A DNA stretch of 32,000 bases from Raphidiopsis brookii D9 (GTDB taxonomy: Bacteria > Cyanobacteriota > Cyanobacteriia > Cyanobacteriales > Nostocaceae), in NCBI GenBank assembly GCA_000175855.1, contig ACYB01000016.1, positions 51,532 to 83,531 on the forward strand, written 5' to 3'. Shown here piece after piece: positions 1 through 5,184 of the stretch. A program made the position numbers and the translations under genes. Below the pieces are notes generated by a model, which was given only the letters and a program-made list of their open reading frames with translations, was not told the origin of the DNA and ran no database searches. How positions within the stretch are numbered: position 1 is the stretch's first letter; each line of letters begins with the position of its first letter.

Positions 1-261
1 CAGAAGTTGGTTCCGAGAGTTGTTCAACAGCTGACGGCAAAAAATTGGTTTGAGAACCTGGCGGCTGATTTTTGGACATTTTTGGACACTCCTGTTCGGT
101 TTTAGGCAGAAGTGGGTAGACATTTACAAGCAGAACATAGAAGCTGGCTTTAGAGTTTGGGTGATAAGCCCAAATATCAAAATTTTGCCAGATCATCATT
201 ACATGTTACCAAATCCCCTACAATAAATATCACTGATACAGAAATTCAGGAGAGTTAAGCC

Positions 262-609
262 ATGCCAATGGCAGTTGGCGTTATCGAAACTTTAGGTTTT
301 CCCGCAGTTTTGGCCGCAGCAGATGCTATGGTTAAGTCTGCTGCTGTCACAATCGTATACTATGGCATTGCAGAAAGTGGAAGGTTATTGGTTGCTGTTA
401 GAGGACAGGTAGCAGAGGTGAAAACCGCTGTTGCAGCTGGAATAGCTTCCGAAGAAACTGTTTATGGTGGTCAGGTAATTACTCATTACATAGTTCCCAA
501 TCCACCGGAAAATGTGGAAACAATTCTACCTATCCATTTCACTTCTGAGTCTGAACCTTTTCGCTATTTTTTAACTTGTACCGGTAATTTTATTTATACA
601 GGAGATTAG
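262..609 (+). CDS. ccmK3: Carboxysome shell protein CcmK3 (BMC-H domain)
   Basis: The N-terminus [26 protein letters not shown] and the motif [10 protein letters not shown] match my recollection of CcmK3. An AGGAG ribosome-binding site lies upstream. The gene sits directly upstream of a CcmK4-like gene. Confidence 0.85.
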   Translation: MPMAVGVIETLGFPAVLAAADAMVKSAAVTIVYYGIAESGRLLVAVRGQVAEVKTAVAAGIASEETVYGGQVITHYIVPNPPENVETILPIHFTSESEPFRYFLTCTGNFIYTGD

Positions 610-611
610 TA

Positions 612-962
612 ATGTCCCTACAGGCCGTTGGATCTTTAGAAACAAAGGGTTTTCCCGCAGTTTTAGCCGCAGCAGATGCTATGGTTAAAGCTGGAAGGGT
701 AACTTTGGTCGGTTATATCCGAGTTGGTAGCGCCCGCTTTACAATCAATATTCGTGGTGATGTTTCTGAGGTGAAAACCGCCATGGCCGCTGGTGTGGAA
801 GCAGCACAAAATGTCTATGGTGGTACTCTAGAATCCTGGGTAATTATCCCCCGTCCCCATGAAAACGTAGAAGCTGTCTTACCTATTGCTTACACGGATC
901 AAGTCCAGCAATATCGAGATTCGGTGGAAAACCCCATCGTCCGCTCCTCCAGTGGTAGATAG
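612..962 (+). CDS. ccmK4: Carboxysome shell protein CcmK4 (BMC-H domain)
   Basis: [55 protein letters not shown] and [11 protein letters not shown] are typical of CcmK4. Its ATG starts 2 nt after the ccmK3 stop. Confidence 0.85.
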   Translation: MSLQAVGSLETKGFPAVLAAADAMVKAGRVTLVGYIRVGSARFTINIRGDVSEVKTAMAAGVEAAQNVYGGTLESWVIIPRPHENVEAVLPIAYTDQVQQYRDSVENPIVRSSSGR

Positions 963-1058
963 TTCTTGTTAACTATCTTAAACCTATCTTTTTGGAATAA
1001 AAATGATTTTTGTTAATGCCGACTTAAATGGTGCAGCAAATATTTTAGGCGATTTACC

Positions 1059-2195
1059 ATGGAACTAAGTGCAGCAAATATAGCAGAATATTGGCAGAAA
1101 CTACTCGCTGCTGAGTCTCCTGAAAACAGTGATGACGCTAGAAATAGTATTATGCTTTGGCTTTTGGGGTCGGACTTAACTAGATTTGCAGGGTTAACAC
1201 CCAAAGAATTGGAGATTGCTCAAAAGGCTATGGAATATCGCTGGCGAGTTCTACGACAGCGATATCTAGGTGTGGGAAGAGAACAGGCCTATCGTAATTT
1301 GATGGTTCGTTTGGCCAGTGTCACAACGATTAGAAATAAAATTCAAACCTGGATTTCTTTGAGTCGCGATCGCCAGCGTGGTGTGATAGATGTACTGCAA
1401 GAGATAATTCAGGAAATGCTGCAAAGTGATTCTTATATGCAGCAGCAAATGAGTCTAATTGCTGATGCAACTAGGGATAGAAGGTTGCGAGACATGTTAC
1501 TATTTGCCAGCTTGGAAGAATACTGTTTGCGACCTGTGCGTAATCAGCCTTTATTGACACATCGGTTTGTCAATTATTTACGCCGAATTCAGCGAGGGGG
1601 GTTGACTCAAATTCCTGGTAAGGACGTAATTAGACTGGTTTCTGACGAAATATTAACAGAAGATACGGAAAGCAGCTTAAATCTTTTAGATGACGAAGCG
1701 ATCGCCCAATATCAGGAAGCGCAAAAGGTAGAAGAGCAACAATTGTTACGTCAGGAAGTGCGAGAGAAATTCGAGGAATACCTATTGGAGAAGCTAGGAC
1801 AAACAGCGGTGGAGTGGTTGAGCTTATATTTAGAGGGTAAGAGTCAAGAGGAAATTGCTAAAAAGCTGAATCAGCCAATTAGGGAGTTATACAGATTAAG
1901 GGAGAAAATTAGTTACCATGCTGTTAAGGTTTTTGCCATCAAGGATAAACCGGAGTTGGTAGAGAATTGGTTATCAACCTCTTTGAAGGAAGATGGGTTA
2001 GGTCTAACGCCAAAACAATGGGAGCAGTTAGGGGAGAAGATAAGTCCCCTAGGTAAGGAGATTCTTGATAGAAGGAAAGCGGGGGATTCTTTAGCAGGAA
2101 TAGGGGAGAAATTACAGTTGAAGACCCATAAGGTGATAGGTGAGTGGACAAAGGTTTATTTAGTCGCTCAGAATTTAAGGGGCCAAAATAATTAA
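1059..2195 (+). CDS. Putative DNA-binding regulator with C-terminal sigma-70 region-4-like HTH segments, possibly HetZ-related
   Basis: This is a 378-aa ORF with good coding character. HTH-like segments are SQEEIAKKLNQPIRELYRLREKISYHAV and SLAGIGEKLQLKTHKVIGEW. The HetZ-related label comes from memory only. The N-terminal boundary is uncertain (see the TnpB-relic finding). Confidence 0.5.
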   Translation: MELSAANIAEYWQKLLAAESPENSDDARNSIMLWLLGSDLTRFAGLTPKELEIAQKAMEYRWRVLRQRYLGVGREQAYRNLMVRLASVTTIRNKIQTWISLSRDRQRGVIDVLQEIIQEMLQSDSYMQQQMSLIADATRDRRLRDMLLFASLEEYCLRPVRNQPLLTHRFVNYLRRIQRGGLTQIPGKDVIRLVSDEILTEDTESSLNLLDDEAIAQYQEAQKVEEQQLLRQEVREKFEEYLLEKLGQTAVEWLSLYLEGKSQEEIAKKLNQPIRELYRLREKISYHAVKVFAIKDKPELVENWLSTSLKEDGLGLTPKQWEQLGEKISPLGKEILDRRKAGDSLAGIGEKLQLKTHKVIGEWTKVYLVAQNLRGQNN

Positions 2196-2220
2196 AATTA
2201 ATTAAAAGAATTTTGGTTTC

Positions 2221-2244
2221 AGACAGGGAATTCATTCCCTGTCT
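2221..2244 (+). terminator. Perfect inverted repeat AGACAGGGAAT-TC-ATTCCCTGTCT, 26 nt downstream of the 1059-2195 stop
   Basis: The 11-bp arms are visible in the sequence. There is no U-tail, so function as an intrinsic terminator is uncertain. Confidence 0.3.
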
Positions 2245-2364
2245 CAGATCGAAATGCGATCGCTTTCTGGAACTACTGTAGAGTCAACTACTGTAGTGTA
2301 AGTTAACATTGCCAATAAAATTTCTAGTCTGTGCCATAATTTGATTACCTCTGAGTAAAGGGGT

Positions 2365-2413
2365 GTAAGGTGATCTGGAATTCTTGGCCGAACCGCCCGA
2401 TCACCTTACTTTT
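2365..2413 (+). terminator. Hairpin GTAAGGTGATC-N23-GATCACCTTAC followed by TTTT
   Basis: The 11-bp arms (2365-2375 and 2399-2409) are perfect and a T4 tail follows. No ORF lies upstream. It could end a short non-coding transcript. Confidence 0.3.
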
Positions 2414-2636
2414 AAGTATAAAACTAATTGAACAGATATGCAAGGGGTTTATAGAAAATAATTAATAAAATTTGTAAATCTTTTCGACTTGTCAAGCATA
2501 AATGAAAATATAGGAATTTCTGACTCACCCTAGCTTTAAAACCCAATCTAGGTTACATTTATATATTTACTGTATTCGTATAGGCGTGTTTTCATACAAC
2601 TCCAGGAATTTTTAGGAAATCCCCCGGTCTAGAAGT

Positions 2637-2775
2637 AGCAATTAAGTTGGCTGAAAAGACTAATGATGTGGTTATTGGTTTATGTATATTGTATGAGTTA
2701 CCAATTAGGGTTCTAGGAACCTAATTGCTTGAATCAGGGTGTGACCGTTCAATTGAGATTAAGGATAGTTGATCT
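2637..2775 (+). promoter_or_regulatory. Conserved upstream leader element, copy 1, the most diverged
   Basis: Shares the box GCAATTAAGTTGG...TAATGATGTGGTTATTGGTTTATGTATATTGTAT with the other four leaders. It then forms its own hairpin, CAATTAGGGTTC-TAG-GAACCTAATTG (2702-2727). Confidence 0.4.
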
Positions 2776-2943
2776 ATGAATTTAATCGACAATAACGTGC
2801 TATTCACCCAGGTTTTTGATAGAGAATCAGTTAGTATTAATGGTGGTAGTCTGTTGGAAATAGTTAATGTGCCTAATGACGTGCTAAATTTCTTTCAGAA
2901 TTTACCATCAGAGTTAGAAAATTGGATTCTCGGATATCTTTAA
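2776..2943 (+). CDS. Double-glycine-leader peptide 1 (55 aa), distinct acidic core
   Basis: Not in the ORF track because it is under 60 aa. My translation is MNLIDNNVLFTQVFDRESVSINGG|SLLEIVNVPNDVLNFFQNLPSELENWILGYL. The 24-aa leader aligns with the four downstream peptides. An AAGGA ribosome-binding site lies upstream. Confidence 0.7.
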   Translation: MNLIDNNVLFTQVFDRESVSINGGSLLEIVNVPNDVLNFFQNLPSELENWILGYL

Positions 2944-3074
2944 GTAAAAGTCATTGAATTTGGGTTTCAGGTATTGGTGTTTGCGAGAACGCCTACCTGA
3001 CACTCAATTTTACTTATAAACCCTTTCCTAAGATAGAAATTAGATTGCCAACCTGAAGTTTTTAAAAATAAGGT

Positions 3075-3106
3075 CCCCAATTTCTTTATGGAAGTTGGGG
3101 ATTTAT
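3075..3106 (+). terminator. Intrinsic-terminator-like hairpin CCCCAATTTC-TTTATG-GAAGTTGGGG with tail ATTTAT
   Basis: The 10-bp stem has one G-U pair and a T-rich tail. The same element recurs after peptides 3 and 4. Confidence 0.55.
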
Positions 3107-3116
3107 TGTGAGCAGA

Positions 3117-3292
3117 GATGTATTTTTGAGAAGTTGTTTTTCCTCAAGGTGGTAATTAGGTTGGTTGGAAATATCAATGATCTGGCTATTGGTTTCTGGA
3201 TATTGTATTAACAAGCAAGCGGTTGAGGAACTTGCAAAGAAGGAATCAACCTCTAGCTGAAAACAAATCTAAAGATTATAACTTATACTATC
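3117..3292 (+). promoter_or_regulatory. Conserved upstream leader element, copy 2
   Basis: Homologous to 4028-4211. Contains ATCAATGATCTGGCTATTGGTTTCTGGATATTGTATTAACAAGCAAGC and the hairpin GGTTGA...TCAACC (3221-3226 and 3246-3251). Confidence 0.4.
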
Positions 3293-3493
3293 ATGCAAGT
3301 AACAGGAAATAATGCTCTATTTACGGAAGTTTATGGTGAAGAGTCTGCTATTGTGAGTGGTGGTCAACGCTCTTATAACTTTATTGGGTTAGCTACGTTT
3401 TTTATGCTGGCTCTGATATTGTGGGGACTTGATGAGGGGTTACTATATCCTAATTTTAATAACTATACCCGGTTTGGAGGTATGTCTACTTAG
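3293..3493 (+). CDS. Double-glycine-leader peptide 2 (66 aa)
   Basis: MQVTGNNALFTEVYGEESAIVSGG|QRSYNFIGLATFFMLALILWGLDEGLLYPNFNNYTRFGGMST. It shares the leader and the SYNFIGL...LW.LDE.LL core module with peptides 3-5. Confidence 0.75.
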   Translation: MQVTGNNALFTEVYGEESAIVSGGQRSYNFIGLATFFMLALILWGLDEGLLYPNFNNYTRFGGMST

Positions 3494-3586
3494 GACTCAG
3501 AGTCTATTTTTTTAAAAAGAATTTGTTTTTTTGTCTAAAAAAGTTCTCAGATTCTCCAAAAAGTCTGGGAATTTTTTATGCTTAAA

Positions 3587-3768
3587 GGTGTGTATTTTTA
3601 AGAAATATTTTCTCATAAATATGGCAATTAAAACTACTAAAAGTATCAATGATCTTATTATTGATTCCATCTATTGTATTAGTAAGCAAGCAGTTGAGGG
3701 ACTTACAAATAGGCAATCAACTTCTAGCTGAAAATAAACCTAATCAAAAGATCAAGGAGTACTGTATC
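3587..3768 (+). promoter_or_regulatory. Conserved upstream leader element, copy 3
   Basis: Homologous to the other leaders (GTATTTTTAAGAAAT...ATCAATGATCTTATTATTGATTCCATCTATTGTATTAGTAAGCAAGC). Hairpin AGTTGA...TCAACT at 3692-3697 and 3717-3722. Confidence 0.4.
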
Positions 3769-3927
3769 ATGCAAGTAATCGAAAACAATGCATTATTCGC
3801 TCAAGTTTCTGTCGAAGATGCCGCTGTTTCTTCAGGAGGCTCTTATAACTTCATTGGACTACTTACCTACACTACATTAGGTACACTAATCTGGGCACTT
3901 GACGAAGCTTTACTTCCTGGTGTGTAA
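3769..3927 (+). CDS. Double-glycine-leader peptide 3 (52 aa)
   Basis: MQVIENNALFAQVSVEDAAVSSGG|SYNFIGLLTYTTLGTLIWALDEALLPGV. AAGGAG lies 9 nt upstream of this ATG. The longer track ORF from 3649 runs through the conserved non-coding leader. Confidence 0.8.
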   Translation: MQVIENNALFAQVSVEDAAVSSGGSYNFIGLLTYTTLGTLIWALDEALLPGV

Positions 3928-3987
3928 AAATTGATTTTACCTTTTGACCCAGAATTTTTCTATCAATAGTTTATGATTCCTATATAT

Positions 3988-4018
3988 CCCCAACTTCTCT
4001 GTGGAGTTGGGGATTTGT
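3988..4018 (+). terminator. Intrinsic-terminator-like hairpin CCCCAACTTC-TCTGT-GGAGTTGGGG with tail ATTTGT
   Basis: A GC-rich 10-bp stem 60 nt after the peptide 3 stop, followed by a T-rich tail. Confidence 0.6.
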
Positions 4019-4027
4019 AGTAGTTAT

Positions 4028-4211
4028 AGATATGTATTTTTGAGAAGTTGTTTTTCCTCAAGGTGGTAATTAAGTTGGTTAAAAATATCAATGATCTGGC
4101 TATTAGTTTGTGGATATCGTATTAACAAGCAAGCAGTTGACGAACTTACAAAGAAGCAATCAACTTCCAGCTTAAAACAAATCTAATCACAAGATCAAGG
4201 AGTACTGTATC
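4028..4211 (+). promoter_or_regulatory. Conserved upstream leader element, copy 4
   Basis: Nearly identical to copy 5. Contains the ATCAATGATCTGGCTATTAGTTTGTGGATATCGTATTAACAAGCAAGC box and the AGTTGA...TCAACT hairpin (4135-4140 and 4160-4165). Confidence 0.4.
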
Positions 4212-4370
4212 ATGCAAGTAATCGAAAACAATGCATTATTCGCTCAAGTTTCTGTCGAAGATGCCGCTGTTTCTTCAGGAGGCTCTTATAACTTCATTGG
4301 ACTACTTACCTACACTACATTAGGTACACTAATCTGGGCACTTGACGAAGCTTTACTTCCCGGTGTGTAA
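4212..4370 (+). CDS. Double-glycine-leader peptide 4 (52 aa), protein identical to peptide 3
   Basis: Not in the ORF track because it is under 60 aa. It differs from 3769-3927 by one synonymous change (CCT to CCC). Confidence 0.8.
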   Translation: MQVIENNALFAQVSVEDAAVSSGGSYNFIGLLTYTTLGTLIWALDEALLPGV

Positions 4371-4430
4371 AAATTGATTTTACCTTTTGACCCAGAATTT
4401 TTCTATCAATAGTTTATGATTCCTATATAT

Positions 4431-4461
4431 CCCCAACTTCTCTGTGGAGTTGGGGATTTGT
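4431..4461 (+). terminator. Intrinsic-terminator-like hairpin, identical copy of 3988-4018
   Basis: Same sequence, displaced by 443 bp. Confidence 0.6.
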
Positions 4462-4470
4462 AGTAGTTAT

Positions 4471-4654
4471 AGATATGTATTTTTGAGAAGTTGTTTTTCC
4501 TCAAGGTGGTAATTAAGTTGGTTAAAAATATCAATGATCTGGCTATTAGTTTGTGGATATCGTATTAACAAGCAAGCAGTTGACGAACTTACAAAGAAGC
4601 AATCAACTTCCAGCTTAAAACAAATTTAATCACAAGATCAAGGAGTATTGTATC
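4471..4654 (+). promoter_or_regulatory. Conserved upstream leader element, copy 5
   Basis: Tandem duplicate of 4028-4211, with two substitutions by eye. Confidence 0.4.
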
Positions 4655-4879
4655 ATGGAAGTAATCGAAAAAAACGTATTGTTCTCCCAAATTTCTGTTG
4701 AAGAGTCTGCCATCTTTAGTGGTGGCTCTAATCCTACTCCTCCTACTCCTCCTACTCCTCCTACTCCTCCTACTCCTTCTGGTAATCCAGGTTCTTATAA
4801 CTTCATTGGACTACTTACCTACATTGGGGTAGGTACGCTAATCTGGGCACTTGACGAAGCTTTACTTCCTGGTGCGTAA
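4655..4879 (+). CDS. Double-glycine-leader peptide 5 (74 aa) with Pro/Thr-rich insert
   Basis: MEVIEKNVLFSQISVEESAIFSGG|SNPTPPTPPTPPTPPTPSGNPG-SYNFIGLLTYIGVGTLIWALDEALLPGA. An AAGGAG ribosome-binding site lies upstream. Confidence 0.8.
   Translation: MEVIEKNVLFSQISVEESAIFSGGSNPTPPTPPTPPTPPTPSGNPGSYNFIGLLTYIGVGTLIWALDEALLPGA
4733..4777 (+). repeat. Perfect 9-nt tandem repeat (CCTACTCCT) x5, encoding (PTP)5
   Basis: Read directly from the sequence. It is in frame within peptide 5. Confidence 0.9.
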
Positions 4880-4966
4880 AATAAGGCCCTTGTCTATATC
4901 TCACTCTCCTTAATGCAAAACTCCCACAATTTCTAGGTATTAATAGGAGATATGACAACCCACAAA

Positions 4967-5005
4967 AGAGTGAAATGAACCATTCTTGGATTTCACTCTT
5001 TTGTT
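4967..5005 (+). terminator. Intrinsic terminator AGAGTGAAAT-N13-ATTTCACTCT followed by TTTGTT
   Basis: A perfect 10-bp stem, extendable through flanking A and T runs, with a T-rich tail. It lies between the last peptide gene and the ABC exporter. Confidence 0.6.
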
Positions 5006-5184
5006 ATATACTCGGAAATTGGATAATTTTCTCAACCTTCTTACTGCGATAGTACATTAATGCTCTAGGTTTTTAAAAACCCTATTATGAAAATTACTCA
5101 CTAAAATCTATACCCCCTTGTTATATCTTACTAATCCAAAACAATAGGATTAGATCCCATAAACATGATAAACATTCAAAGATT

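Larger units (their letters stand above)
3769..4654 (+). repeat. Tandem direct duplication, 2 x 443 bp (peptide gene, terminator and leader)
   Basis: By-eye comparison of 3769-4211 with 4212-4654 shows three substitutions. Confidence 0.9.

Noticed and set aside
1-105. Open frame from the window edge, QKLVPRVVQQLTAKNWFENLAADFWTFLDTPVRF*.
   Set aside because: Only 34 codons are visible and I recognise no motif. It may be the 3' end of an upstream gene, but the evidence is too thin to call a feature.
1013-2235. Minus-strand ORFs 1013-1204, 1266-1448 and 1939-2235.
   Set aside because: They are antisense to the 378-aa plus-strand ORF, have poor composition and lack ribosome-binding sites.
3531-3768. 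Track ORF 3531-3731 (66 aa, TTG start) and the N-terminal 40 codons of track ORF 3649-3927.
   Set aside because: Both run through sequence homologous to the non-coding leaders upstream of the other peptide genes. The conserved ATG with an AAGGAG ribosome-binding site is at 3769. The upstream translations are low-complexity and are not conserved among the paralogous copies.
2776-4879. Lanthipeptide, cyanobactin or microviridin-type RiPP precursors.
   Set aside because: The cores lack Cys. No LanM/LanB/LanC, PatA/PatG protease, ATP-grasp or cyclodehydratase genes occur anywhere in the window. Only the cleavage and export machinery is present.
2700-4900. Could the repeated units be a CRISPR array or a MITE cluster?
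   Set aside because: The repeat unit is about 443 bp and holds a complete peptide ORF with a terminator and leader. There are no short 25-40 bp repeats alternating with unique spacers, and no terminal inverted repeats with target-site duplications.
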